Source: Prochlorococcus sp. AG-402-G06 (lineage in GTDB: Bacteria > Cyanobacteriota > Cyanobacteriia > PCC-6307 > Cyanobiaceae). Taken from it: 64,000 nucleotides of DNA. This document shows positions 40,722-53,624 of this stretch, in pieces. Under the pieces are notes generated by a model. That model did no database searches. It was not told the DNA's origin and was given only the letters and a program-made list of their open reading frames with translations. Position 1 is the first letter of the stretch, and every line of letters begins with the position of its first letter. The stretch lies in contig QCHR01000004.1 in NCBI GenBank assembly GCA_003277985.1, positions 36,396-100,395 of the forward strand, given 5' to 3'. Made by a program: the position numbers and the translations under genes.

Positions 40722-41969
40722 ATGATGGAGAAACTCCATCGAGTTGTTATTACAGGTCTTGGCGCCATTACTCCAATTGGCAACAACCTCGAAAGTTACC
40801 TCCATGGGCTTCAATCCGGGCAAAATGGGGTAGATCAAATAACACTCTTTGATGCCTCATCCCATGCATGCAGATTTGCAGCAGAGGTGAAAAATTTTGA
40901 CCCGGCTGGCAAATTAGAGCCAAAAGAATCCAAACGATGGGATCGTTTTTCAAAATTTGGAGTCATTGCTGCAAAAGAAGCTCTTAATCATTCAGGTCTA
41001 ATAATTGACGACTCAAATTCTGGAAGAATTGGCGTGATTATTGGTTCTGGAGTTGGTGGATTGCTGACTATGGAAACCCAAGCTCATGTTTTGGACAACA
41101 AGGGAGCTAGTCGCGTTAGTCCATTTACTGTTCCCATGATGATCCCCAACATGGCTACTGGACTTGCAGCAATTGCACTTGGCGCTAAAGGTCCAAGTTC
41201 AGCAGTTTCTACTGCTTGTGCTGCGGGTTCAAATGCGATTGGTGATGCATTCAGGCTACTCCAATTAGGTAAAGCAGATGCAATGGTTTGCGGTGGAGCT
41301 GAAGCAAGTATCACTCCTTTAGGTGTTGCAGGTTTTGCTAGTGCCAAGGCCCTATCTTTCAGAAATGATGATCCATCTACAGCAAGTAGACCATTTGATG
41401 CTCAAAGAGATGGATTCGTCATTGGAGAAGGGGCAGGAGTATTAATTCTAGAAACTCTTGACCATGCATTAAAAAGAGACGCAACAATCCATGCAGAAAT
41501 TATTGGTTATGGAACCACATGTGATGCCCATCACATTACTTCTCCTACGCCTGGAGGCTTAGGAGGAGCCGAAGCAATGAAACTTGCATTAATTGATGGA
41601 CAGATTAATCCCGAAGAAGTCGATTACATTAATGCTCATGGAACTAGCACTCCAGCCAATGACAGCAATGAAACATCAGCCATAAAAACTGCTTTAGGAA
41701 ATCATGCATATCAAGTACCTACAAGCTCAACCAAATCAATGACAGGTCATCTATTAGGAGGTTCTGGTGGAATAGAAGCTGTTGCTTGTGCTTTGGCAAT
41801 AAAACATGAAATAATTCCGCCAACAATTAATTATTCCAATCCAGACCCAAATTGTGATCTTGATTATGTGCCCAACAAAGCAAGAGAGAAGAAATTAGGC
41901 GTCGTACTATCTAACTCATTTGGGTTTGGCGGTCACAATGTCTGTCTAGCTTTTCGACAAATGATCTAA
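40722..41969 (+). CDS. fabF: 3-oxoacyl-ACP synthase II
   Basis: VVITGLG, TACAAG, NAHGTST, KSMTGHLLG, NSFGFGGHN. Confidence 0.96.
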   Translation: MMEKLHRVVITGLGAITPIGNNLESYLHGLQSGQNGVDQITLFDASSHACRFAAEVKNFDPAGKLEPKESKRWDRFSKFGVIAAKEALNHSGLIIDDSNSGRIGVIIGSGVGGLLTMETQAHVLDNKGASRVSPFTVPMMIPNMATGLAAIALGAKGPSSAVSTACAAGSNAIGDAFRLLQLGKADAMVCGGAEASITPLGVAGFASAKALSFRNDDPSTASRPFDAQRDGFVIGEGAGVLILETLDHALKRDATIHAEIIGYGTTCDAHHITSPTPGGLGGAEAMKLALIDGQINPEEVDYINAHGTSTPANDSNETSAIKTALGNHAYQVPTSSTKSMTGHLLGGSGGIEAVACALAIKHEIIPPTINYSNPDPNCDLDYVPNKAREKKLGVVLSNSFGFGGHNVCLAFRQMI

Positions 41970-42017
41970 TCAATTTCATTTTCACTTTCCACTTAAAAAT
42001 TTTTCTCCTAAATACAA

Positions 42018-44030
42018 ATGGTTGCCCTGACTAATTCTCTAGACACACTTTGCATCAATAGCATCAGAATGCTGGCAGTTGACGCAGTTAATAAATCAAA
42101 TAGTGGTCACCCAGGACTCCCAATGGGTTGCGCACCTATGGGCTACGCACTTTGGGACAAACATCTTCGTCATAATCCAAAAAATCCGAAATGGTTTAAC
42201 CGAGACAGATTCGTTCTTTCCGCAGGACATGGATGCATGTTGTTGTACGCCCTTTTGCATTTAACTGGCTACGACTCTGTAACGATGGAGGATATAAAAC
42301 AATTCCGGCAATGGGGTGCGAAAACTCCTGGCCATCCAGAAACTTTCGAGACCCCTGGCGTAGAAGTAACTGCTGGACCATTAGGGGCTGGGATCTCAAA
42401 TGCAGTTGGACTTGCAATAGCAGAATCGCATTTATCAGCCAAATTCAATAAGCCTGATTTAACAGTTGTAGACCATTACACATACGTAATTATGGGCGAT
42501 GGATGTAATCAAGAAGGAATAGCTTCAGAAGCTTGTTCTCTTGCTGGTCATCTAAAGCTTGGGAAATTAATAGCTCTCTACGACGACAACAGCATCACAA
42601 TTGATGGGAGAACCGATGTATCTTTTACAGAAGATGTCTTAAAGAGATATGAAGCTTATGGATGGCATGTTCAAGAAATACCTGATGGAAATACAGATGT
42701 AGAAGGCATCTCTAAAGCTATAGAAAAAGCAAAAGCAGTTACAGATAAGCCCTCAATTATAAAAATTACGACAACCATCGGATTCGGCTCTCCTAATAAG
42801 AGTGATACAGCTGGGATTCATGGAGCAGCTCTTGGAGAAGAAGAGGCCCAACTGACCAGGCAAGAACTTGATTGGTCATATGAACCTTTTAAAATTCCTC
42901 AAGATGTATACGACCAATACCGTCAAGCTATTCAAAGAGGATCAGAACTTGAGGCCGACTGGAATCAAAAACTTACCGATTACAGAGAAAAGTATCCTGC
43001 TGAAGCATCTGAATTTGAACGCATGCTTAGAGGGGAACTTCCTCAAGGTTGGGATAAAGATTTGCCTACATATACAGCGGATGACAAGGGGGTCGCGACT
43101 AGAAAACATTCTCAAATATGTTTAGGTGCTCTTGGTCCGAACATTCCTGAATTAATAGGAGGTTCTGCTGATTTAACGCACTCAAATTACACAGATATCA
43201 AAGGTGAGACTGGATCTTTTCAAGCTGAAAGTCCTGAAAAACGTTATTTGCATTTTGGTGTCAGAGAACACGCTATGGCTGCCATATTGAATGGTATTGC
43301 TTATCACGATAGTGGTTTAATTCCCTACGGTGGCACATTCTTAGTCTTCGCAGACTATATGAGAGGATCTATGCGTCTATCCGCTCTTAGTGAACTTGGG
43401 GTTATTTATGTTTTAACGCATGATTCTATAGGTGTTGGTGAAGATGGTCCAACACATCAACCCATAGAAACCATCCCATCATTGAGAGCAATGCCAAATA
43501 TGATGGTTTTCCGCCCAGGCGATGGAAATGAAACAAGTGGTGCTTATAAAGTTGCAATTAAAAATCGTAAGAGACCAAGTTCCTTATGTCTAAGTAGGCA
43601 GGGCATGGCCAATCAACGAAATTCATCAGTAGATAAAGTTGCTTTAGGTGGATACGTACTTGAAGAATGCGATGGCACCCCTGAACTAATACTTATCGGA
43701 ACTGGAACGGAACTTGACTTATGCGTGCAAGCAGCAAAAAAACTAACCTCAGAAGGTAAAAAAGTGCGTGTGGTTTCTATGCCATGTGTTGAACTTTTTG
43801 AAGAACAAAGCGAGAGTTATAAAGAAGAAGTTTTGCCTTCAAATATCAGAAAGCGGATAGTAGTTGAAGCTGCAGAGAGCTTTGGATGGCATAAATATAT
43901 TGGTCTTGATGGTGACAGCGTTACCATGAATAGCTTTGGAGCATCTGCTCCAGGTGGATTATGTATGGAAAAATTTGGATTTACAGTTGAAAACGTACTA
44001 GATAAATCTAGAAATCTTCTCAACCAATAA
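42018..44030 (+). CDS. tktA: Transketolase
   Basis: [43 protein letters not shown]. Confidence 0.97.
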   Translation: MVALTNSLDTLCINSIRMLAVDAVNKSNSGHPGLPMGCAPMGYALWDKHLRHNPKNPKWFNRDRFVLSAGHGCMLLYALLHLTGYDSVTMEDIKQFRQWGAKTPGHPETFETPGVEVTAGPLGAGISNAVGLAIAESHLSAKFNKPDLTVVDHYTYVIMGDGCNQEGIASEACSLAGHLKLGKLIALYDDNSITIDGRTDVSFTEDVLKRYEAYGWHVQEIPDGNTDVEGISKAIEKAKAVTDKPSIIKITTTIGFGSPNKSDTAGIHGAALGEEEAQLTRQELDWSYEPFKIPQDVYDQYRQAIQRGSELEADWNQKLTDYREKYPAEASEFERMLRGELPQGWDKDLPTYTADDKGVATRKHSQICLGALGPNIPELIGGSADLTHSNYTDIKGETGSFQAESPEKRYLHFGVREHAMAAILNGIAYHDSGLIPYGGTFLVFADYMRGSMRLSALSELGVIYVLTHDSIGVGEDGPTHQPIETIPSLRAMPNMMVFRPGDGNETSGAYKVAIKNRKRPSSLCLSRQGMANQRNSSVDKVALGGYVLEECDGTPELILIGTGTELDLCVQAAKKLTSEGKKVRVVSMPCVELFEEQSESYKEEVLPSNIRKRIVVEAAESFGWHKYIGLDGDSVTMNSFGASAPGGLCMEKFGFTVENVLDKSRNLLNQ

Positions 44031-44083
44031 AATTAATTATTTAATTACCAATAGTTAATTCAAACAATAAGTTAAACAGAGAA

Positions 44084-45487
<1,404 letters not shown>

Positions 45488-45540
45488 CTAAAAAGCTATT
45501 GAATAAAAAAGGAGCAATATGCATAAAGATCACAAGATTT

Positions 45541-45625
45541 CACTTTCCTTACACTGGTTCAAACCAGATCAAGTTCAGAGGGTGTGATCTCAGCCATAAA
45601 GCAAAGCAATACGGCACCCCTAGTG
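45541..45625 (-). promoter_or_regulatory. TPP riboswitch aptamer upstream of thiC
   Basis: Minus strand reads CACTAGGGGTGCC...GGCTGAGATCACACCCTCTGAACTTGATCTGGTTTGAACCAGTGTAAGGAAAGTG, matching the THI-box consensus. Confidence 0.93.
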
Positions 45626-45690
45626 ATAAATGTAAATTAGCTCGAAATCCGCAACTAAACCCTAAAGTTTTTATAGATAAAATTCTCGAA

Positions 45691-45912
45691 TTAAAAATTT
45701 TGATCATTCATATCTTTTTTTAACTCTAAAAACAACATTCTTCGTCGCCTAAATCTTCTAACCGCTCCAGTCAAAACCAATCCACTTCCAACAACTAAAG
45801 CAGGTATAGCTTGAATTTTATCTCTGCCCTCTCTATGTAAAAAGCCTGAAATTGCTAATAAAATTAGTAAAGGTGCTGAAATTGAGATTAATGGGTTACC
45901 CAATCTGTTCAT
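45691..45912 (-). CDS. Small two-TM membrane protein (DUF3188-like)
   Basis: APLLILL...R.G.D..QA.PA...G..L...GAVRRFRRRR pattern. Confidence 0.7.
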   Translation of the reverse strand: MNRLGNPLISISAPLLILLAISGFLHREGRDKIQAIPALVVGSGLVLTGAVRRFRRRRMLFLELKKDMNDQNF

Positions 45913-45924
45913 AAAATTACGCGG

Positions 45925-47109
45925 CTATATGTCTTGAGGAGTTCGCGATGCCATGACTAATGCTTGAGACAAAATATTGATTCCTAATCCCAAGCTTCTT
46001 TCATCCAAAGAAAAATGTCCACTATGCAATGGAGCACAACCTTGATCTCCAGCAACTCCTAATCTAAACATCGTCCCTGGTACATCTTGCAAGAAAAAAG
46101 CAAAATCTTCAGCACCTAATGACGGATTTTCTAAATAAACAATATTTTTTGTATCCATAAAATTCTTCGCACATAAAGATAACAAACTAGTCAATTCTGG
46201 ATCGTTATAAACTGGAGGCGCGATCGACTTGAATTTTACATTAGCCTGAGCTCCGTAGTTAGAGGCTATATTTTGTACTATTTGCTCAATCCACTGAGGC
46301 AATTTTTCATACAGGTTGCTATCAAGACACCTCACTGTCCCTAGTAGCTTAACTCTCTCAGCAATAACATTAAAAGCACTCCCCCCTGATATTTTCCCAA
46401 AACTGATAACAACCGGTTTAAGAGCATCTAAACGTCTACTGATAGCCTCTTGAAGTCCACTAATAACTTTCGCGGAAATCCAAATTGAATCTATGCCTTC
46501 ATGGGGTCTAGCTCCATGCCCTCCATTACCAATAATATCTATTTCCAATTCAGCCGCGGCGGCTGTAAAAGTACCGCTTCTTATTCCAATTTTACCAACT
46601 GACAAATCTGGATAAACATGCACCCCAAATAAAGCTTTTACTCCCTCAAGAGCCTTTTCAGCTCTCATCCAATTTGCACCTTGAGCAATCTCTTCAGCAG
46701 GTTGAAAAATTATTCGAATTCGAGAATTTGTAAATTTGTTTTTTGCTAATACTTTAGCTACTCCCAAACCGATACAAGTATGTAGATCATGGCCACATGC
46801 ATGCATCAAGCCTTGAATTGAAGAAGAATAATCTAAACCTGTTCTCTCCTCGATTGGCAAAGCATCCATATCAACTCGTAAGCCAACAACAGGTCCGCTT
46901 TCGTTACCCATTTCAGCCACCACTCCCGTTTTACCAACTCCTTCTTTTACTTCCCAACCTGATTTTCTAAGCTCCCCGGCAACAAGAGCAGCAGTTTGGT
47001 ATTCTTGACCACTTAGTTCTGGGTGAGCATGGAGATGACGACGTAATTGGATCAAGTCAGGCAGTATATCCTTGGTTAAAACATCAATTTTTTTTCCTAA
47101 ATCTTTCAT
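45925..47109 (-). CDS. M20 family amidohydrolase
   Basis: RRHLHAHPELS, RVDMDALP, MHACGHD, FQPAEE, GGHGARPH, GAEDF. Confidence 0.92.
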   Translation of the reverse strand: MKDLGKKIDVLTKDILPDLIQLRRHLHAHPELSGQEYQTAALVAGELRKSGWEVKEGVGKTGVVAEMGNESGPVVGLRVDMDALPIEERTGLDYSSSIQGLMHACGHDLHTCIGLGVAKVLAKNKFTNSRIRIIFQPAEEIAQGANWMRAEKALEGVKALFGVHVYPDLSVGKIGIRSGTFTAAAAELEIDIIGNGGHGARPHEGIDSIWISAKVISGLQEAISRRLDALKPVVISFGKISGGSAFNVIAERVKLLGTVRCLDSNLYEKLPQWIEQIVQNIASNYGAQANVKFKSIAPPVYNDPELTSLLSLCAKNFMDTKNIVYLENPSLGAEDFAFFLQDVPGTMFRLGVAGDQGCAPLHSGHFSLDERSLGLGINILSQALVMASRTPQDI

Positions 47110-47894
47110 CTATCATCCAACGCAAGAAATGAAATCAAATCACTTGTAGGTCTTGGAGGCCAACGTCGAATATTCAACAACCAATCCTTCTCACGATATC
47201 GAATATCTAATCCAGCAGCAGCAGCCCAATTACTTTCAGCTTCACCTGAAAAGCCTTTACTCCATAGAAGAGCACTTAATGCTGCTCTCGCATCTGCGAA
47301 TAAAGGATATTTTCGGATTAATATTCTGATTTTCTTTTCAGCGAGTTCAAGATCGCCCAATTGATAAATCGCAAGCGCCTCACTAGACCTAGCCATAGCA
47401 ATAGCATTATTTGACGAAGCAGCTTGAGCAAACAATTTCTTCGCTGCAATCCAATTGTCCATGGAACCCATCACATTACCTAAGTTATATAAAGCTGAAA
47501 CATCTTGTGGATTTTTCTGTAAAACGTAGTTGTAATCTCTTCTTGCGTCCTCCCAACGCTGCAAAGATTCTTCCGCAATTCCTCTATTAAGATAAGGATC
47601 TAAATCTTTAGGCGAAATTTCAATAGCCTTAGTTTGATCTTTTATAGCTCCTTTAGGATCACCAAGCGCGAGACGAATATTACCTCTATTACTTAACGCA
47701 GCCGCATCATCTGGGTTCTCATTTAAGTAAAAACTCCAATCTTTTTCAGCTCGAATGAAATCTCCTTCTTTACTTTCTTTCAGAGCCTTGTCGAATAAAA
47801 CTTTAGGAAGCACTTTAGCTTGAGTCGAGAATGGCACGAAAACAAAAATAATAGAAAGTAAAAGTAGAACTTTTACAACTCTTCCAGAAATCAT
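47106..47894 (-). CDS. Tetratricopeptide-repeat protein with signal peptide
   Basis: Hydrophobic N-terminus; repeated NRG...G....A..D...A TPR units; RRWPP tail. Confidence 0.85.
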   Translation of the reverse strand: MISGRVVKVLLLLSIIFVFVPFSTQAKVLPKVLFDKALKESKEGDFIRAEKDWSFYLNENPDDAAALSNRGNIRLALGDPKGAIKDQTKAIEISPKDLDPYLNRGIAEESLQRWEDARRDYNYVLQKNPQDVSALYNLGNVMGSMDNWIAAKKLFAQAASSNNAIAMARSSEALAIYQLGDLELAEKKIRILIRKYPLFADARAALSALLWSKGFSGEAESNWAAAAGLDIRYREKDWLLNIRRWPPRPTSDLISFLALDDR

Positions 47895-48961
47895 GTATCT
47901 ATATTATTTGCGGAAGTTAGCAAATAATGTTTTTTAGCTGCTGGAGTAACAACCCTTCCCCTAGAAGTTCTCTGTAAAAAACCAATTTGCATGAGATAAG
48001 GCTCAACTACTGTTTCAAGAGTGGTTGAATCCTCACCAAGTGCAGCAGCCAAAGTTTCAAGTCCTACTGGGCCGCCTTGATATTGATTAACCAACAAGCC
48101 TAAATAACTTCTATCTGTTGCATCTAAACCTCTTTGATCCACACGATGTAGATCAAGTGCATCGTTAACAATTTCAACACCAATCATTTTTGAAGAAGAA
48201 TGCACCTCTGCATAATCTCTAACTCTTCGTATGAGCCTATTGGCAATCCTGGGGGTACCTCGACTTCTTTTGGCTAATTGGTGAGATGCTTCCTCTGAAA
48301 TTAATAAATTAATAAGTTTCGCAGATCTTTTAATTATGTTTTCAAGGTCCGAATAATTGTAAAAATCTAGCCTCTGAGTTATACCAAAACGATCTCGCAT
48401 AGGGGAGCTTAATGCTGCGGGTTTTGTCGTAGCACCTACCAAGGTAAAAGGGGGGATTTCGATTGATCGCATTCTCGAAGAAGTACCCTTACCTACAGTT
48501 AAATCCAATCTTCTATCTTCCATCGCTGGATACAAAAGTTCCTGTGATATGCGATTTAGTCTGTGAATCTCATCAACAAAGATCAATTCACGTGGCTGCA
48601 TATTTATCAATAATCCAACAATATCCCTTGGTCGTTCAAGAGCAGGAGCGCTTGTGACTCTAGCTTTAACCCCCAATTCCTCAGCAATAATAAGAGCCAT
48701 GGTAGTTTTACCCAATCCTGGCGGCCCATAAAGCATTAAATGATCAAGTGCCTCACCTCTATTTAATGATGCTTTTACTGAAATCTCAAGAACTGTCTTT
48801 AATGCAGACTGACCTACAAAATCATCAAAAGATTTAGGCCTAAATGAATCTTGTTGGGATAATTTAAGCTCCTCCTTTAAAAGACTGGGACCAACCAATC
48901 TTTCCTCTCCTTTATCATTAGGAAGAGAAGAATGATTAGTAATTGAAGACACAATTGCCAT
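47891..48961 (-). CDS. ruvB: Holliday junction branch migration helicase
   Basis: [38 protein letters not shown]. Start moved to ATG 48961 (MAIVSS) to avoid overlap with smpB. Confidence 0.96.
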   Translation of the reverse strand: MAIVSSITNHSSLPNDKGEERLVGPSLLKEELKLSQQDSFRPKSFDDFVGQSALKTVLEISVKASLNRGEALDHLMLYGPPGLGKTTMALIIAEELGVKARVTSAPALERPRDIVGLLINMQPRELIFVDEIHRLNRISQELLYPAMEDRRLDLTVGKGTSSRMRSIEIPPFTLVGATTKPAALSSPMRDRFGITQRLDFYNYSDLENIIKRSAKLINLLISEEASHQLAKRSRGTPRIANRLIRRVRDYAEVHSSSKMIGVEIVNDALDLHRVDQRGLDATDRSYLGLLVNQYQGGPVGLETLAAALGEDSTTLETVVEPYLMQIGFLQRTSRGRVVTPAAKKHYLLTSANNIDT

Positions 48962-49008
48962 GACCGAAGGGTAGTGGCATCTCAACAAAAATGGAGGTAA
49001 ATAGAAAA

Positions 49009-49506
49009 ATGAGCAAAAAAGGAAAGAAAAAATCAAAAAAAGATTCCTCAGTTGATGGAAATCGCCGCCTAGCTGAAAATCGAAAAGCAAGGTATGAATA
49101 TGAAATCCTAGAAACACTTGAAACTGGATTAGAGCTTCTTGGGACAGAAGTCAAATCAATTAGAGCTGGAAAAGTTAACTTAAAAGATGGGTTTTGTTTA
49201 ATTAAAAAAGATCAAATTCTACTTCATAATGTTCATGTATCTCCTCATAATCATGCAGGTAAATTTTTTAATCATGAGCCTCTAAGAATCAAAAAACTTC
49301 TTGCACATCGAAAAGAAATCGAAAAATTAAAAATAAACTTAGAGAGAAAAGGTTTAGCATTAATTCCTCTAAGTCTTTATCTAAAAGGTTCTTGGATTAA
49401 ATTAAAAATCGGAGTCGGAAAAGGTAGAAAGCTTCACGACAAAAGGGATAGAGAGAAAATTAATGACTCAAAAAAAGATGTAGCGAATGCTTTAAAACGT
49501 TTTTAA
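49009..49506 (+). CDS. smpB: SsrA-binding protein
   Basis: [40 protein letters not shown]; GGAGG at 48993-48997 supports ATG 49009. Confidence 0.95.
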   Translation: MSKKGKKKSKKDSSVDGNRRLAENRKARYEYEILETLETGLELLGTEVKSIRAGKVNLKDGFCLIKKDQILLHNVHVSPHNHAGKFFNHEPLRIKKLLAHRKEIEKLKINLERKGLALIPLSLYLKGSWIKLKIGVGKGRKLHDKRDREKINDSKKDVANALKRF

Positions 49507-49572
49507 GTGCAAAGCAATTTCATACTTCTCAGCAAATAATGTGCAAAAAAATAATACTTTAATTATTAATTA

Positions 49573-49824
49573 TCAAGTAGCATCCAAACTAACATTTTCG
49601 GGTGGAGGTGTTGGGTCAGGATCAGCAATTAGCATATGTTGCAAAACAATTTCAGGACGCTCGCTATCTCTCCATCTAATGCGATAAGCAGGCATTTTTG
49701 TACCCCTGCTTGTTGTTTGTTCAACAGGTTCCATCACCCAACCGCGTCTTGAACGCCCCTGGGGATTTCGCTTCACAACAGCATCTGCATGCTTGAAACG
49801 AAAACCAACTCTCTCGCCACTCAT
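49573..49824 (-). CDS. Conserved hypothetical protein
   Basis: 83-aa ORF with ATG start, co-oriented downstream of lysS. Confidence 0.75.
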   Translation of the reverse strand: MSGERVGFRFKHADAVVKRNPQGRSRRGWVMEPVEQTTSRGTKMPAYRIRWRDSERPEIVLQHMLIADPDPTPPPENVSLDAT

Positions 49825-49865
49825 CTGAACAAAATCCTTACTCGCCTATTATCCACTGTGATGGG

Positions 49866-51386
49866 TCACTTTCCAGTTTGTTTTAAATTTGATTCTGGGC
49901 GCAAAAGAGGAAAAGCTATGACATCTCTTATGGATGGACTGTCAGTTAATAGCATTACGAACCTATCTATACCTATTCCCAGGCCTCCTGTTGGAGGCAT
50001 TCCTACTTCAAGAGCATTAATAAAATCCTCATCCAAGCTTTGAGCTTCAAGGTCACCTGATTCTTTTTTGGCCTGCTGTAAAAGTAAACGTTCTTTTTGA
50101 TCAATAGGATCAATTAGTTCACTAAAAGCATTAGCAGTCTCTCTACCAACGATAAAAAGTTCAAACCTTTCAACTAAACCTTTCTTTGTCCTATGTTTTC
50201 TCGCTAATGGAGAAATCTCGATTGGATAATCCATGACAAATGTAGGTTGAACAAGATTAGGCTCTACTACTTGTTCAAAAGCTTCATTCAACAGTCTGCC
50301 AACACAATCAGCCTTATCGGGCACTTGCAGCCCCTGGAGAAGCATTGAAGCTTTAGCATCGTTAAAGTTATTTTCAAACAATTCAAAATCAATACCTGTG
50401 GCCTCTTTCACTATTTGATGCATCGTGACTCTTCTCCAAGGAGGTTTAAGATCTATTTCTTGACCTTGATAGCTGATTTTGGTCGATCCGCAAATTTTTT
50501 CGCAAACTGAAGAAAGTAATTTTTCTGTTAATTCCATCATGTCGAAATAATCTGCAAAAGCCTCATAAATTTCTACAGAAGTAAATTCAGGATTATGCCG
50601 AGTACTAATCCCCTCATTTCGAAAAATTCTTCCTAATTCATAAACCCTTTGAAACCCACCAACTACTAACCTTTTAAGATGCAATTCTGTTGCAATTCTC
50701 AAATACAAAGGCAAATCTAGTGTGTTGTGATGGGTAACAAAAGGCCTGGCATCCGCCCCACCAGCTTCTGACTGTAAAACTGGAGTCTCAATTTCGAGAA
50801 AATCTTTTTCCTCTAGCCATCGTCGAATTGAACTAACTAATAAAGCCCTAGTTCGAAAAGTTTTTCTTGACTGAGGATTAACAATTAAATCTAAGTACCT
50901 TTGTCTATAGCGCTTTTCCACATCCGCAAGTCCATGCCATTTATCCGGTAAAGGCTGTAAAGATTTTGAAAGCATTGACCATTCAAAAACCTTGATAGAA
51001 AGTTCACCTCTATCGGTTCTTCTTAATATTCCACTTACTCCAATCCAATCTCCAGAGTCAACAAGGGTAGTAATGGTTTCAAAAGTATTTTCTTTACTTT
51101 GACTTGTTTCATTTTGATTTAATGTCGCTTTTTCCAAAAAGAGTTGAATTGTTCCAGATTCATCTGCAAGAGTAAAAAAAGCAAGTTTACCCATCACTCT
51201 GCGAGAAGTGACTCGTCCTGCAATGGATACTTTTTCTTTTTTTTCTTCGCCATTAGGTAAGTCCAAATATTTTTTCTGTAAACCTTCAGAAGAATCTGTA
51301 GGTCTAAAATTCAAACCATAAGGACCTTTCCCAAGGCTTTTTAATGCTTTTGCCTTCTCAAGGCGAGTATCTCTTAATTCAGACAA
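49866..51386 (-). CDS. lysS: Lysine--tRNA ligase (class II)
   Basis: [46 protein letters not shown]. Confidence 0.97.
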   Translation of the reverse strand: MSELRDTRLEKAKALKSLGKGPYGLNFRPTDSSEGLQKKYLDLPNGEEKKEKVSIAGRVTSRRVMGKLAFFTLADESGTIQLFLEKATLNQNETSQSKENTFETITTLVDSGDWIGVSGILRRTDRGELSIKVFEWSMLSKSLQPLPDKWHGLADVEKRYRQRYLDLIVNPQSRKTFRTRALLVSSIRRWLEEKDFLEIETPVLQSEAGGADARPFVTHHNTLDLPLYLRIATELHLKRLVVGGFQRVYELGRIFRNEGISTRHNPEFTSVEIYEAFADYFDMMELTEKLLSSVCEKICGSTKISYQGQEIDLKPPWRRVTMHQIVKEATGIDFELFENNFNDAKASMLLQGLQVPDKADCVGRLLNEAFEQVVEPNLVQPTFVMDYPIEISPLARKHRTKKGLVERFELFIVGRETANAFSELIDPIDQKERLLLQQAKKESGDLEAQSLDEDFINALEVGMPPTGGLGIGIDRFVMLLTDSPSIRDVIAFPLLRPESNLKQTGK

Positions 51387-51457
51387 GACAATTCATTCAT
51401 ACGGCAGAAAACAAAAATAATCAAATGACAAACCTATCAATATTGAACTATTAATCT

Positions 51458-52198
51458 TTAACTGGCAATAGCAGTAGGAAATTCTCCCATTCTTTGAGAA
51501 GCGTATCCAATACCTCTAACAGTTAAAATCAATTCAGGGTTCCTTGGATCTGGTTCAAGTTTGCCCCTTAAACGAGCTACATAGACATCAACCACTCTTA
51601 AGTCAGCTGCTCTTCTAGGAGGGTAACCCCAAAGCTGTTCCAAAATCTCTGCTCGAGGCACCACCCGACCTGGATCACGAAATAATAATTCCAACAAGCT
51701 AAATTCAGTATATGTGAGGCCTATTCTTTCTCCTCCTCTACTAACTTGCCTTCTATTGGTATCTACCACAAGATCACCAAGTTTCATTACTCCTTGTCCT
51801 GATGGGACCTCTCTAGGCTCATCAATCGTAGGAGCAGGTCCAACTCTTCTCAAAATCGTCGCAATTCTTGCCTCTAACTCCTTGGGGCTAAATGGCTTCG
51901 CCAAATAATCATCAGCGCCTAGATCCAAACCTGCAACTCTTTCTGAAATCGCTTCAAGAGCAGTTAAGAATATTATCGGAACACAAGACTCAGCCCTTAT
52001 TCTTCGACAAACTGCAAAACCATCCATCTTAGGAAGCATCACATCCAAAACCACTAGGTCTGGTGCTTCTTTGTGAAAAACTTCGAGTGCTTCCTCTCCG
52101 TCCTGTGCAGATAGAACCTGATAACCAGCAAGATTAAGCCTTGTAACCAAGACTTTCAATACTGCTGGTTCATCATCTACAACCAAAATAGAGGTCAT
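51458..52198 (-). CDS. OmpR-family response regulator, RpaB paralogue (SrrA-like)
   Basis: ILVVDDE, LDVMLP, GADDYLAKPF, winged-helix RVVDVYVARLRGKLE..TVRGIGY. Confidence 0.88.
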   Translation of the reverse strand: MTSILVVDDEPAVLKVLVTRLNLAGYQVLSAQDGEEALEVFHKEAPDLVVLDVMLPKMDGFAVCRRIRAESCVPIIFLTALEAISERVAGLDLGADDYLAKPFSPKELEARIATILRRVGPAPTIDEPREVPSGQGVMKLGDLVVDTNRRQVSRGGERIGLTYTEFSLLELLFRDPGRVVPRAEILEQLWGYPPRRAADLRVVDVYVARLRGKLEPDPRNPELILTVRGIGYASQRMGEFPTAIAS

Positions 52199-52378
52199 GA
52201 GATTAGCTGTTGCCTTGGTGACAGGAGCATCGAAATTTTATGTCGAAAATGGCTTCTTGTTATATGAAGATATCATCTTCAAGTCAGTTATTCAAAGCTC
52301 TTTGACTAATTTAAGAGACAGAGTCCCCACTAATAAATAAGTATTTATTCTATTTTTAAAGCTTTCAAAATTTTCTCA

Positions 52379-52879
52379 TCAGTTTTTTTTATAAGTAAGA
52401 AGAAGCCAAGAGCAAAAAAATGGGGCAACTAATCCAGTAATTATTACCTCGGACATAAATACATAAACTGACCAAGAATGAAACCAATTATTTCTTAAAA
52501 AGTCATATATAATAATTTTTTGAATCCAAATCGAAAGGCCAACAAAAGCAGTTCCAAATATAGCCATCAAACCAATATTCAAAAACAATTCAATTTTTTT
52601 ATTATGTAATCCATAGTTACTCCAAACCAAAGACAAAAGGAACAAAGAAGGAATATAGGAAACATCACTAATTGTAAAAGAGTCTAAAAAAATTCCTAAC
52701 AAAATAGAGGCTGAAACTGAAATAAAAGGGGGATTAGTGAGTGAAAATGGCAACAAAAAAATAACAGGCCAGCATGGCGTAATTCCATTTAAGCTAAGCC
52801 AACTAGGAGAAATAATTATAAAAGCTGAAAAACAAAAAGTAATACAAAATTTTAATAATTTTCTATTACTTTTAGCCAT
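52379..52879 (-). CDS. mreD: Rod shape-determining protein D
   Basis: Hydrophobic 166-aa ORF overlapping the end of mreC in an mreBCD order. Confidence 0.75.
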   Translation of the reverse strand: MAKSNRKLLKFCITFCFSAFIIISPSWLSLNGITPCWPVIFLLPFSLTNPPFISVSASILLGIFLDSFTISDVSYIPSLFLLSLVWSNYGLHNKKIELFLNIGLMAIFGTAFVGLSIWIQKIIIYDFLRNNWFHSWSVYVFMSEVIITGLVAPFFCSWLLLTYKKN

Positions 52880-53621
52880 TATTTTTCAAAACTTGAACCC
52901 AATCTATTGCCTCGGGTGATGCAGTTAATTGCACGATTGCATATGGAGAAGGCAAAGCTTTTTCGTCAACAAATTTAACAATCCCAATTGTTAAATTTGG
53001 GGGTAACAAAGTACTGGCTGGAGAGGTAGTTACAGCGTCTCCAATTTTAGCGAAACTATTTTTATTCAAGAAAATTAGTTTCGGTCGATTCGTTCCCATC
53101 CCAGTCAAAATTCCATGACGCTTAGTTCGATCAATCCAAGCTCCAACCTGATGACCTGGATCAGTCAATAATCTAACTCTTGCAGTAAGTGGAGTTGTGT
53201 TGTCAACTAAACCGATTAAGCCGCCTGGTCCAACTACTGTTTGTCCTTTCAAAACTCCATCCAGTGCACCCTTATTAATTTCAAGCTGTTGCCACCAATT
53301 TCTAGAGGATCGAGATATGACAGCTGCTGAAATTCTTTCATCACTTTTAAACTCTTGCAAAGAAAGAGCTCTTCTTAAACGATTATTATCATCTTCAAGC
53401 AATTTCAATCGAATTTCTCTATCAATATTTTCTCCTTCCTTAATCCATTCTCTTTGAGCTGTCCCTGGTAATATGGGTTTGATTAAAATAGAGTACAAAT
53501 CTAAATATCCAGCTCCTTTAGTCCAACGAACACCAAATAATAAGACACCACATAAAAATATAATCCAGAACCTACTTTTCAAAAGCAAATGAAATCCTAT
53601 TTTCCTTCGAGCTTTAATCAT
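52872..53621 (-). CDS. mreC: Rod shape-determining protein C
   Basis: TM segment plus coiled coil, INKG..DG, GLIG, VRLLTDP, follows mreB. Confidence 0.9.
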   Translation of the reverse strand: MIKARRKIGFHLLLKSRFWIIFLCGVLLFGVRWTKGAGYLDLYSILIKPILPGTAQREWIKEGENIDREIRLKLLEDDNNRLRRALSLQEFKSDERISAAVISRSSRNWWQQLEINKGALDGVLKGQTVVGPGGLIGLVDNTTPLTARVRLLTDPGHQVGAWIDRTKRHGILTGMGTNRPKLIFLNKNSFAKIGDAVTTSPASTLLPPNLTIGIVKFVDEKALPSPYAIVQLTASPEAIDWVQVLKNNG

Positions 53622-53624
53622 TTT

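Noticed and set aside
45499-45723. 74-aa plus-strand ORF
   Set aside because: It is antisense to the TPP riboswitch and has no coding features.
48962-49154. Extended ruvB N-terminus and the 72-aa minus-strand ORF
   Set aside because: They overlap smpB antisense; ruvB has a good ATG at 48961.
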